NCBI GenBank assembly: GCA_965205025.1
Contig: CBDBFU010000015.1
Span: 224,001 to 288,000 of the forward strand
DNA: 64,000 nt
Direction of reading: 5' to 3'
Source of the DNA: Candidatus Poribacteria bacterium
Lineage (GTDB): Bacteria > Poribacteria > WGA-4E > WGA-3G
Under the pieces are notes generated by a model that ran no database searches, was not told where the DNA came from, and saw nothing but the letters and a program-made list of their open reading frames with translations. Numbering within the stretch: the stretch's first letter is position 1; each line of letters starts with the position of its first letter. Both the position numbers and the translations under genes were made by a program. This document shows positions 39,630-49,062 of the stretch, in pieces.

Positions 39630-40535
39630 TTATCTTTTCTTGAGTGTACCCCAAACAGTTGGTAACTTTTGGGTTGGTTCTACACTTAACCCTATTCTGG
39701 ATTGATAATTCTGAAGTACTTCTTCATAGGAGAGACCACGATCATAGACACGCACTTCATCAATTATACCTCTAAAGAACTTACTTGCTTTACCATTCTT
39801 ATTAACAGCACCAAGATAGATAGATTCCGTATAGGGAAGAATGTTATCACGGCTTGAAGTATTGTATCTCCCCCTACTTCTCTGTTCGCCGTCTACATAG
39901 AGAGACCTCTGTTTCCACTCCTTGCCTGATTCATCAGTATATGGTTCTCCGTACGCATAGACAATATGATGCCACTTTCCATCAGAAATTTGTGATGGAA
40001 ATCCTGAAGTACCAGAACTACACCCATTCTGATATCTGTAACTCCGTTGTAAATGAATTGAATCTTCTTTGGTAACTATATTATTTTCTCGTAGTCGTAT
40101 GAAAGGTCTAATTTGAAAATCCATAGAAGCATTTATTGAAATCCCATGTCCGCTGTCCCTCTCGTCACAGTTCGGTTCTTCTATCACTCTATAAATTGGC
40201 GTCCAACTTTTTTTATAACTGGTTTTGACTATAATTTCGAATGTGAATGGGCCTAATTGACTCCCAAAATTACCGAAATTTGGGATGACAAGGTAATTTT
40301 TAAAACCGTTTAATTCAAGACCTTGCCTGATGTATCCATCAGAGATATTCGTCTGTCCAACAATTTCTGCGTGGTTTTCACCCCACACATCTTCAACTAA
40401 ATTTCCATCAATATTATTCAGGTCGAATGTCCAATAACTTACCAACCCATCTGTTACGATTGTATTAGCGAATAAATAACCAGACATACTTAAAATACAC
40501 AATATAGTGATAAGGACAAAAATGGTAGTCTTCAT
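39630..40535 (-). CDS. Secreted LamG-like protein (tandem paralog)
   Basis: ATG 40535 with AAGGAG RBS; near-identical framework to 38678-39619; ends KLPTVWGTLKKR. Confidence 0.9.
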   Translation of the reverse strand: MKTTIFVLITILCILSMSGYLFANTIVTDGLVSYWTFDLNNIDGNLVEDVWGENHAEIVGQTNISDGYIRQGLELNGFKNYLVIPNFGNFGSQLGPFTFEIIVKTSYKKSWTPIYRVIEEPNCDERDSGHGISINASMDFQIRPFIRLRENNIVTKEDSIHLQRSYRYQNGCSSGTSGFPSQISDGKWHHIVYAYGEPYTDESGKEWKQRSLYVDGEQRSRGRYNTSSRDNILPYTESIYLGAVNKNGKASKFFRGIIDEVRVYDRGLSYEEVLQNYQSRIGLSVEPTQKLPTVWGTLKKR

Positions 40536-40628
40536 ATTTATCTCCTTGAAATCGAACAATTAGTAATGCCTATATTCAGTTTCTTAGCTCCTGTTGAGTG
40601 TCTCTTGTTTCATCTACTTACTGATTTA

Positions 40629-40658
40629 ATTATACCCGTGATACTGATCCGAAGTCAA
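40629..40658 (-). promoter_or_regulatory. sigma70-like promoter for the LamG pair
   Basis: TTGACT-18 bp-TATAAT. Confidence 0.55.
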
Positions 40659-41689
40659 CTCTGAATCATCGGTCGGGTTTGTAAAGTTTTTGGCATGAAT
40701 ATTACGGAATCATAAGCTTCTTTTTTCCATGTATTATATTGAACCGAGGGTAATTTTACTGTAGTTTTGCTGTTTTTTATATTCACAATAGTAATATATT
40801 AGTTATTTATATGTTGAATAAAGTTACACTTTTTGTCACATGGTGTGACATTGGTAAAACCCCTCTCCCGTCAGTACTACAGTGGGTTTAGAACCACTTT
40901 TTTAAGGTTACAAAAATTTCGAAAAAGATGAATTTTGTGTCTTTTACTTTTCTTTTAATCCATTGATTTAGGATTGTTTGAATGTGAAGTTTTTTATCCA
41001 TCCAATTTGACATGGTATTAGAATATATTCGATAAATCATAGATTTGGAGGATTCATTAGTCTTACCATTTGCTATATTTTGAACCAACGGACGGGGAAA
41101 CACCAATTCTATGAAGAGAATTATATCTGTATGGACAATTCGTAGTAATGAGATACACTGTAATTTACTGTTGTGCATGATAGTCTGTTTTGTTTGAAGT
41201 CGGTCTAATTTTTAGTTTTTTTAGTTGTTTTAGTTTTTCAAGTTTTTTGAGTTGCTTTTTAAGAAATGATTTTTTAATGAGCCGAAAACCCTGTTGGGGG
41301 TTGGGATAACAAAGGATTTGATTAATAGATGTAAAATTTTAAAATTAGAAAAACTAAAAAAATATTCGGTTGAATTCGCATTGATTTTCCTCTGTATCTG
41401 TTTATATGGTGATAATTCTGAATGTTTTCGTTGTAATTCTAACATGGATATTCCTATTTCCCAGATAGTGGATTTGGTTGAATTTGGCATAAAGTTTAGA
41501 AGCCTAAATAATTAGCCAAAATAATTAGAAGAGAGTTACACTTTCACGGCATAAATAATATTTCGTATCTTCCAAGTAATGTGTTAGTTTTAGTTTACAA
41601 TTAGTGAACGATATGGTATTATAACATTTTGTTTATATTTTGACAAATATATTTAATTTATTTTATATTATTGTGATATATGTGTGTTA

Positions 41690-42846
41690 TACCATTTTCA
41701 GTTAATATTTTCGCTTTTAATATTTTTTGTTTTCTGTTATATTTTATTACAAATTTATAGTTGATAGGATGAATATTAATTATGTTAAAACCCTCACAGA
41801 TTACAGAAAGTGTTTCTGACTTGAAAAAAATGATGAAAAAAACATCAATCAGTTACCAAAAGAAAAGACTGAAAGCCCTATACCTATTTTGTAGTGAGAA
41901 AAGGCTAAATCGTAAGGAAATCGCTGCGAAAATAGGGGTTGATAGGAAAACCGTTGGGCATTGGTTCCAAACATACGCATCGGGTGGACTTGAAGCACTT
42001 TTAGCACGGGATTATTCCCCCGGGCGTCCAGCTCAACTTACCGAAGAACAACAAGAAATCTTGCTTGCTGAACTCAAAAAACCTGATGCTTTTTCCAGTT
42101 ATCAGCAGATAGTAGACTATATTGAAAAAACATTTGATGTCAAAATGAAATATACTGCTGTTCATTCGATGGTTCGGTATAAGTGGAAAGCAAAACCCAA
42201 AGTGCCCCGCAAGAGTCATATAAAAAAAACGAAACAGCCGGTGAAACCTTCAAGTTAGACTTACCAAAAAAAGTCAAGGAAACGATTTCGGAGAACGATC
42301 CTGAGTCTGAAAAAGTTCGTCTGTTTTTTCAAGATGAGTCAAGATTTGGTCTTCATCCTGTTTCATACCGTCGTATTACAGTCCCCGGTGTCAAACCGAT
42401 TGCTAATATCAGGTATACCTATGAAAACCTTTATCTATATGGTGCTGTGGAACCGATAACAGGAGAAAGTTTTTTCCTTGAAATGCCTTATCTGAATAGT
42501 ACCTGTTTCCAAATATTTCTTGATGAGTTTGCTAAGGTTTATCCGGGGACTCTGAATATCCTTGTCCTTGATAATGGGCGTTTTCATCAAGCGAAATCAC
42601 TACAAGTTCCTGAGAATATAGTATTCCTCTTTCTACCGCCTTATAGTCCAGAGTTGAACCCTATTGAAAGATTATGGCAAGACATCAAAGCAAAGTTATT
42701 TCAAAATGTGCTGACTTCATTACAAGAGATGCAGGATAAACTTACTGAGATCATACGAAGTTACACTAAAATCGCTATTGAGAGCATAACAAAGTATGAT
42801 TATATAAATAAGATCGAAAATGTGATATAATTTATTAGAAATGGTA
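41690..42846 (+). mobile_element. IS630-family insertion sequence
   Basis: Ends TACCATTTTC / GAAATGGTA with terminal TA; encloses a two-ORF transposase. Confidence 0.88.
41782..42830 (+). CDS. IS630 transposase (OrfA HTH 41782-42258 plus OrfB DDE, joined by a -1 shift at the A8 run 42222-42229)
   Basis: HTH region with GRP; FQDESRFG, LDNGRFH, LPPYSPELNPIERLW. Confidence 0.92.
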
Positions 42847-42881
42847 TTAGTTGTTAGATGTTTATGTTTTCTTCATTTATT

Positions 42882-43036
42882 CAGGACTTACGCAACTTAA
42901 TCAAAAAAAGGTAAAATTTGACTTAAAAAGCCGTCATTTCAGTGTTTTAACCCCCTAAAGAATCAACGGTATGAATGCCTTAGGGCATTCCCCGCCCCTT
43001 ATCAGGGGGACTTTAAGATGAAATGCGTAAGTCCTG
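42882..43036. mobile_element. 155-bp MITE with 13-bp TIRs (probably IS4-family derived)
   Basis: CAGGACTTACGCA...TGCGTAAGTCCTG flanked by TTATT direct repeats (42877-42881, 43037-43041). Confidence 0.8.
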
Positions 43037-43220
43037 TTATTTTAATTTCTTCAATGTATATTTTATGGGAAAGTCAGCAAGGGATATTTAAGTGCAGTGA
43101 TGTAGTTAAAAATTTCTTTTAATCGGTAAATTCTGATTGGATGTCACGCCATTTATCTCTTGATATTTAGCGCGTTGTTTTTCTTCTAATTTCTCTTTTT
43201 ACGTTTTGTCTTTCCACTAA

Positions 43221-43331
43221 TACCATTTCTACAGATGTTTATTCCATGAATAGTTGTTAAGCATTTTTGAAATAACGCACAAACTGGAAGTTTATGCAAT
43301 ATTAAAGAGACTTTAATTATCAGAAATGGTA
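43221..43331. mobile_element. IS630-derived MITE, copy 2
   Basis: TACCATTTC...GAAATGGTA; shares ATGTTTAT, GCACAAACTG-AAGTTTATGC and ATTAAAGAGA blocks with copy 1. Confidence 0.8.
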
Positions 43332-43344
43332 TTCGTTATAATGA

Positions 43345-44298
43345 TTAGGAAGTTGGATCTGATTTTGGTTTTAAGACAAATAGGTAGATGAAGAGTAATA
43401 CACCTGTGATTGCACCAAAAGCAATTTTGAATCCGTTAGGTAAATTAGACGGGGATATAAAACCTTCAATTATACCTGAAAGAACAAGTAAAATCACACA
43501 TCCTCCAAGCATTTGAATTGCTGTTTTTGCTGCATTGATTAGTGTGCGTTTTCGTGTGAGAACAGTTGGGGAAATGAGAGCATATCCCAATCTCATACCA
43601 GCACCACCCGCTATAAAGATCATAGTCAGTTCAATATATCCGTGGGGAGATGCAAAAGACCATAATGCTAATGATACCCCATGCACATGACATAAACCCC
43701 CAATTGTTCCGAGGAATATGCCATTATAGATGAGAATATATACAGAGCCTACCATGAATATTATTCCCCAAGCGAACGCCAGAAAAGCCACTTTAATATT
43801 ATTGGTCATGACTTGAGATGCCAATAGATTTCTATCTTCTGCTTCAGTGTTATTCCAATCTTTTGCCCCTAATTCTTTTATGTGTGACACGATTTGTTCA
43901 GGAATCAAATCCTCAGTTAATTCTGGCATTTTCAATGCACTCCAATATGCCCCAGCAAAAGCTAATCCAAACAGAAGAAAAGCAATAGCAACAAATACAA
44001 TGTTATCTCTTATAACCTTAGGGAAACCTTCTCGGAGAAAATGCCAAAGTGATCCGCGCTTGAATGGTGAGGATTGATATACTTTGGAATGAGCGCGGGA
44101 TGCTAATTCATTGAGATAGGTTACACACCTGTCTTGTGGAAAGTCCCGTCGTGCTACGGCTAAATCTGATGTGATACGTCGGTATAAATATCCGAGTCTA
44201 TTCAGATCTTTTGCAGCAACTTTCTGATTGTTTTGGAGTAGACTCTCTAATTCGTTCCAAATCGGTTGTTTCTTTTCGACAAAATCTGTTACAGTCAT
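43345..44298 (-). CDS. SpoIIM (DUF95) family membrane protein
   Basis: LYR...SDLA.AR, YLNEL, TNNIKVAFLAFA.G, PHGYIEL, IEGFISP. Confidence 0.9.
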   Translation of the reverse strand: MTVTDFVEKKQPIWNELESLLQNNQKVAAKDLNRLGYLYRRITSDLAVARRDFPQDRCVTYLNELASRAHSKVYQSSPFKRGSLWHFLREGFPKVIRDNIVFVAIAFLLFGLAFAGAYWSALKMPELTEDLIPEQIVSHIKELGAKDWNNTEAEDRNLLASQVMTNNIKVAFLAFAWGIIFMVGSVYILIYNGIFLGTIGGLCHVHGVSLALWSFASPHGYIELTMIFIAGGAGMRLGYALISPTVLTRKRTLINAAKTAIQMLGGCVILLVLSGIIEGFISPSNLPNGFKIAFGAITGVLLFIYLFVLKPKSDPTS

Positions 44299-44569
44299 CT
44301 GTGTTTCCTATTTTAGACTGACTAAGTGTAAGTTCTATTGTTGGTATATTATACCATTTCTTTATCTTTGGTGTTATTAGTAAATGGTAGTTTAATCATG
44401 AGTTTGTTTGAATCACGGATTACACGGATATGAAGGTATCGTATGAAGAATTTGGCAAATCCTCGTATGGAATTTCGTGGATCTAAAAGATAATATGTAT
44501 GAATCAAGTATAGGATATGGTATTATATTCAGTAGGTCAGTGTATATGAAAGGAGTAGTCACATTTTAG

Positions 44570-45388
44570 ATGAAAAAACCTAATAATTGGGCAGAATCCT
44601 ATATTAATGATGGATATCTATTGATTCCAGATTTGATTACATCTGATGAATGTGAAGAGTTAAAAGCAGAAATGTTGAAGATATTCCGTGGTGATTATGG
44701 ATGTGAAGCGATTCCATCAATGCCTGCAGACGCTACAGAAACTGAGATATTGAATCGTATCATGTGTGTGGGTGAACCGCATACATACAGTCCGATCATA
44801 AGTCGGTATGTCGAACATCCCAAAATTTGTGATGTCCTTAAGGAAATAGTTGGTGCACATATCCCTTTCTGGGATGGTGGTGTAAAATGTATGCAGTCTA
44901 TGATGTTGGGGAAAGTTCCCGGTCATACTGGTAATCCTTGGCATCAGGATGAACATCCAATACCAACTCGTGACCGATCATTGGTAGGTGCTTGGATTAC
45001 ACTGGATGAGGCGACTGTTGATAATGGGTGTTTGTGGGTTTTACCGAATAGTCATCGTTCAGGTATAATTTATGATAGACATCCTCACAATAAGCGTGAT
45101 GAATTTGACAGTTGTCATGAAGCGATGGGATTCGATGATTCTTCCGAAATACCGATTGAAATGACTGCAGGAAGTGTACTCTTCTTTAATGGTTACCTCT
45201 TACACCGTTCTAAGAAGAATCGGAGTGAATCTTATCGTCGTGTTCTTGTGAGTCATTATTGTTCTACTGCTTCGTGGCTTGGTTGGAAGGGACAGCGGAA
45301 TTATCGTGGTGTTATAGTGGTTTCTGGGGATGATCCATATTCTGATGAGGGATATACGACGCCAAATGCATGGGCGCGGTGGGAGTGA
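44570..45388 (+). CDS. PhyH family dioxygenase
   Basis: WHQDE, AWITLD..T.DNGCL, GSVLFFNGYLLHRS. Confidence 0.9.
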   Translation: MKKPNNWAESYINDGYLLIPDLITSDECEELKAEMLKIFRGDYGCEAIPSMPADATETEILNRIMCVGEPHTYSPIISRYVEHPKICDVLKEIVGAHIPFWDGGVKCMQSMMLGKVPGHTGNPWHQDEHPIPTRDRSLVGAWITLDEATVDNGCLWVLPNSHRSGIIYDRHPHNKRDEFDSCHEAMGFDDSSEIPIEMTAGSVLFFNGYLLHRSKKNRSESYRRVLVSHYCSTASWLGWKGQRNYRGVIVVSGDDPYSDEGYTTPNAWARWE

Positions 45389-45435
45389 ATATGATCATAG
45401 GTTTAATTAGGTCCTTGAATTTTCATTAGATTGCG

Positions 45436-46233
45436 TTGGTTATGTTTGAACAATTATCAGTTGAAACCCCTGAACAGATCTCTATAAATTATCAGAAAGC
45501 CGGTATAGGTTCCCGTTTTTATGCTGCTTTACTTGATACAATAATCTTGGTTCTGATACTCTTTTTTGGGTTTTATGTGAATCAAGGAATGATTGAATAC
45601 CTCTCCCAAATATTTGGCAATTGGTTGGGGGCAATTGGAGGTATTATTGTATTTGCTATGTTCTGGGGATATTACATGATCTTTGAGATGGTTACAAATG
45701 GTCAATCCCCTGGGAAGTATGCATTGGGTTTACGTGTCATCAAAGATGGGGGTTATCCAATTAATTTTTCAGATTCAGCTATTCGTAACTTAGTGCGACT
45801 TGCGGATTTCTTACCCTCATTTTACGGTGTAGGGTTGATAGTCATGTTGTTTAGTCCGAATTGGCAAAGGTTAGGGGATTTGGCAGCAGGCACTCTGGTA
45901 GTGAAAACACCGCGTAATCAACCATTATCATCTGATAATTCTCTGACTCCTAATGTTCCAACGTATGATGTCCCAATAAAGGAATTTCAATATAAAGATT
46001 GGATACAATTAGATATTGTCACTGATTCTGATTTTAGAAGAATTGGGGAATATCTATCACGTCGTTCCTCGTTATTAATTCCCCGTCGTAATGAACTTGC
46101 GCGTGCGATTGGAGCACCGCTTGTAAATAAGATGGGAGGGTATGAGAATGTTCGTTATGATATTTTCTTGAGGGAGTTATATAAACTGAAAACTATAGAA
46201 GCAATCCAGAAAGAAGTAGAAGATAGTTCATAG
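45436..46233 (+). CDS. RDD family membrane protein
   Basis: ETPE, AGIGSRFYAALLD, GQSPGK, QRLGDLAAGTLVV. Confidence 0.9.
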   Translation: MVMFEQLSVETPEQISINYQKAGIGSRFYAALLDTIILVLILFFGFYVNQGMIEYLSQIFGNWLGAIGGIIVFAMFWGYYMIFEMVTNGQSPGKYALGLRVIKDGGYPINFSDSAIRNLVRLADFLPSFYGVGLIVMLFSPNWQRLGDLAAGTLVVKTPRNQPLSSDNSLTPNVPTYDVPIKEFQYKDWIQLDIVTDSDFRRIGEYLSRRSSLLIPRRNELARAIGAPLVNKMGGYENVRYDIFLRELYKLKTIEAIQKEVEDSS

Positions 46234-46327
46234 ATAGATGGATTAAAGGGAATTTGTAAATAGTTAGATCAATAAAGAATGAGAATGTGCTGATCCAGTA
46301 GGATTTTCTATGGGTAAGAAATCTTAC

Positions 46328-47464
46328 TCAGTTGGCTATGAATTGTAGTGCATCCCTAATTTCAGAGATAACCTCAGGATCATTTTCGTACTTTAATTGA
46401 TTCTCTAATGCTATTGTAGCGTTTTTCCCTCCAATTTGTCCTAATGCCCATGCAGCATGTCCGCGTATCATCGGTTCATCATTCATTAATGCTTTTTTCA
46501 ATGCGGGGACAGCAGTGGGTGAACCCCAGTTGCCAACAGCTACGATTACATTTCGTAGGAACCCCTTCCACTTTGTGCGTTTGATTGGACTTCCTTTGTA
46601 TTTATTATTAAAATCAGATTGTGTTATCTCCATTAGTGGTAGTAATTCTGGTGTAAGATTATCTTTTCGGGGATGGAATGCTGGTTCTGATGTTGGGACA
46701 GCCTTACTATTCCATGGACAGACTTCCTGACAGATATCACATCCAAATATTAGGTTTCCTATTTGTGGACGTAGTTCCATTGGTATACTGTCTTTCAATT
46801 CTATAGTTAGATAGGAGATACACAATCGAGAGTCAAGTATATTCGGTTCAAGAATAGCATCTGTAGGACATTCCTCAATACATTTTGTACAGGTACCACA
46901 ACTACCCCGAATAGGTTGGTTATCGTATTCTAATTCGAGACTGATTAGTATTTCAGCAAGAAAATACCAAGAACCCGTTTGCCAATTTATCAGGTTTGTA
47001 TTCTTACCAATCCATCCGAGTCCCGATTTCTCTGCATATTCTCTTTCAAGTATAGGTCCTGAATCTACAAAAACGCGACTTTTCAATTCTGATTCAGTCA
47101 TAGTTTTAATGTAATCAACAAGTTGTTGAAGTCTATCCCGTATGACGTCATGGTAATCCTCACCCCATGCATAACGTGAGATCTGTCCGCGGCTGGGATC
47201 CTCAGATAAATCTTTGGGAGGGTCAACTGTGTAATAGTTCATGCCGAGACTTATCACCGACTTTGTCTCTTTAAGAAGTGTTCTGGGATCTTCTTTGAGT
47301 GGTAAGTGTCTTTCAAGATATCCCATTTTACCTGCATACCCGTTTTCAATCCATTTTCTATACAGTTCTATTGTTTCACTCTCTTTGACAGGTGAAATGC
47401 CAACGAGTTCAAATCCGAGTTCTTTTGAACGGGTATGTATTTTCTGCGTTAATGTGCTCTTCAT
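46328..47464 (-). CDS. queG: Epoxyqueuosine reductase with C-terminal HEAT repeats
   Basis: ISRYAWGEDYH, GWIGKN, CGTCTKCIEECP, CISYLTIE, GCDICQEVCPWN. Confidence 0.95.
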   Translation of the reverse strand: MKSTLTQKIHTRSKELGFELVGISPVKESETIELYRKWIENGYAGKMGYLERHLPLKEDPRTLLKETKSVISLGMNYYTVDPPKDLSEDPSRGQISRYAWGEDYHDVIRDRLQQLVDYIKTMTESELKSRVFVDSGPILEREYAEKSGLGWIGKNTNLINWQTGSWYFLAEILISLELEYDNQPIRGSCGTCTKCIEECPTDAILEPNILDSRLCISYLTIELKDSIPMELRPQIGNLIFGCDICQEVCPWNSKAVPTSEPAFHPRKDNLTPELLPLMEITQSDFNNKYKGSPIKRTKWKGFLRNVIVAVGNWGSPTAVPALKKALMNDEPMIRGHAAWALGQIGGKNATIALENQLKYENDPEVISEIRDALQFIAN

Positions 47465-47614
47465 ACTTCAATATAGACAATGGGGTGTACAATGTGTATA
47501 AGCGAAATTTAAGAATTTTGTAGAAATATACGCTTTGATTCCATATAGATAATTAGAAGTCTATTTGAATGGTGTAAAATTGTTAGGAATGAGGAGTGTT
47601 ATGATTGGAGAAAA

Positions 47615-48679
47615 TTATTTAGTGCCACGTGGATAAGAACCGAGTATTTTTACATCATGGCATAGTTCCCAAAGTTGATCAAGGGCATCGCGTACATGCT
47701 TATCGTCAGTATGTCCATCTATATCAGCGAAAAATATGTAATCCCAAGGCTTTGAACGTGATGGTAGTGATTCAATATAACTAAGATTTAGTTGATGTGT
47801 TTCTAATACACCTAATATCTGATATAGTGCCCCGACTTTGTCTTTAATAGCAAAGAAAATAGAAGTGCAGTCATGACCACTCTTACCAACTATTTGAGAA
47901 CCAATGATAAGGAACCGTGTTGTATTATTTGAGTCATCCATGATTGAATCTGCTATTATAGGCACATCATACATCTCACTTGCCAGTTGACTTGCGATAG
48001 CAGCAGTGTTTGGTTCATCGGCAGCACGTTTTGCTGCATCTGATGTGCTAACGACTTCAATTTGTTCTACTGACTTCAGATTTCTGTTTAACCACATTCT
48101 ACATTGTGAGAATGGATGTCTGTGCGAGTATATTCGTTGTATCTCATTTAGTGGTACCTTAGAGATGAGATGATGTCTAATAGATAGGTATATTTCAGCA
48201 CAGATATTTAATTGTGTATGTAAGAAACGTTCTAATACATCACGAACAGTTCCATAAACAGAGTTTTCGATTGCCACGACACCAAAGTCTGCGCGTCCTG
48301 TTTCAACTTCGGTAAAGATATCAATTTGTGGCGTGATAGGAATCATTTCAACATTTGGACCAAAAAAAGCTAAACATGCAGTGTGTCCAAAACTTCCTTC
48401 TGGACCAAGGAATGCCACTCGATTTTTAGTTTGTGTTGTCCGTGAAGTATAGAAAATCTCGTTCCATATCTTGTCAATGGCAGTGTGAGGATATATACCC
48501 TGATTCCTTTTTTTCAGACGATTCAGAATTTCATTTTCCCGATGTGGCACATAGATTTCTTCCCCCGAATCAGCCTTTAGATTGCCCACCCTTTTTGATA
48601 TATCCAGACGTTGATGTAGCAGATCTAAGATCTCGTTATCTATGTTATTGATTTGGTCGCGTAAGTCTTTTAATGCCAA
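47615..48679 (-). CDS. pheA: Chorismate mutase/prephenate dehydratase (P-protein)
   Basis: LRDQINNID CM domain, FLGPEGSF, IENS, NTTRF, ACT domain IESLPS. Confidence 0.95.
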   Translation of the reverse strand: MALKDLRDQINNIDNEILDLLHQRLDISKRVGNLKADSGEEIYVPHRENEILNRLKKRNQGIYPHTAIDKIWNEIFYTSRTTQTKNRVAFLGPEGSFGHTACLAFFGPNVEMIPITPQIDIFTEVETGRADFGVVAIENSVYGTVRDVLERFLHTQLNICAEIYLSIRHHLISKVPLNEIQRIYSHRHPFSQCRMWLNRNLKSVEQIEVVSTSDAAKRAADEPNTAAIASQLASEMYDVPIIADSIMDDSNNTTRFLIIGSQIVGKSGHDCTSIFFAIKDKVGALYQILGVLETHQLNLSYIESLPSRSKPWDYIFFADIDGHTDDKHVRDALDQLWELCHDVKILGSYPRGTK

Positions 48680-48729
48680 GGAAATGGTCTCCTAACCAAC
48701 CCTTATTAATAAAATATAGTTGATTATGA

Positions 48730-48763
48730 GTAATCTCTGTTAGGTAAAACCAACAGAGATTAC
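48730..48763 (-). terminator. Hairpin after the DUF5069-like gene
   Basis: GTAATCTCTGTT-N10-AACAGAGATTAC. Confidence 0.65.
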
Positions 48764-48782
48764 ACTATTAATAGTTGAATGA

Positions 48783-49028
48783 TTACTCACTCAATTTCTT
48801 CATGGCAGCAATCATTTCATCGTCTGAGGGATTGTTTTTCACCATATCAACAAATTCCTCAGCAGTAATGTTGTGTTCCTCCAGGAACATTTTGTCCTGC
48901 GGTCAGGGGTATATATATTCCCCAATAATACCTTGTAATTTAGCATTGGCTTTATCTGATATTCTTGCTAACCAAGGAATACCTCCGATGATCATATCTC
49001 TATGGCGTGGTTTCCAATCAAGAGACAT
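48783..49028 (-). CDS. DUF5069-like small protein with in-frame TGA, probable selenoprotein (81 aa)
   Basis: RBS AAAGGAGGTGA; MSLDWKPRHRDMIIGGIPWLARISDKANAKLQGIIGEYIYP-TGA(48903-48905)-PQDKMFLEEHNITAEEF...KKLSE-TAA; downstream SECIS-like hairpin. Confidence 0.8.
48862..48902 (-). promoter_or_regulatory. Candidate bacterial SECIS element
   Basis: 13 nt after UGA: UGUUCC-UGGA-GGAACA apical stem-loop with G in the loop; lower GCAG/CUGC pairing. Confidence 0.6.
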
Positions 49029-49062
49029 ATTCTTCACCTCCTTTATTGATTTATCGTAATAT

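Noticed and set aside
38678-40535. Diversity-generating retroelement template/variable repeat pair
   Set aside because: Both copies are full genes, differences are not restricted to adenines and include indels, and no reverse transcriptase is present
40888-41515. Short ORFs of 73-96 aa
   Set aside because: Low-complexity AT-rich translations without RBS or recognisable motifs
42222-42229. IS630 frameshift as a novel recoding event or error
   Set aside because: A-run shift between OrfA and OrfB is a well-known IS630 feature
48775-49059. 94-aa plus-strand ORF
   Set aside because: Antisense shadow of the minus-strand DUF5069-like gene, which has an RBS and family motifs
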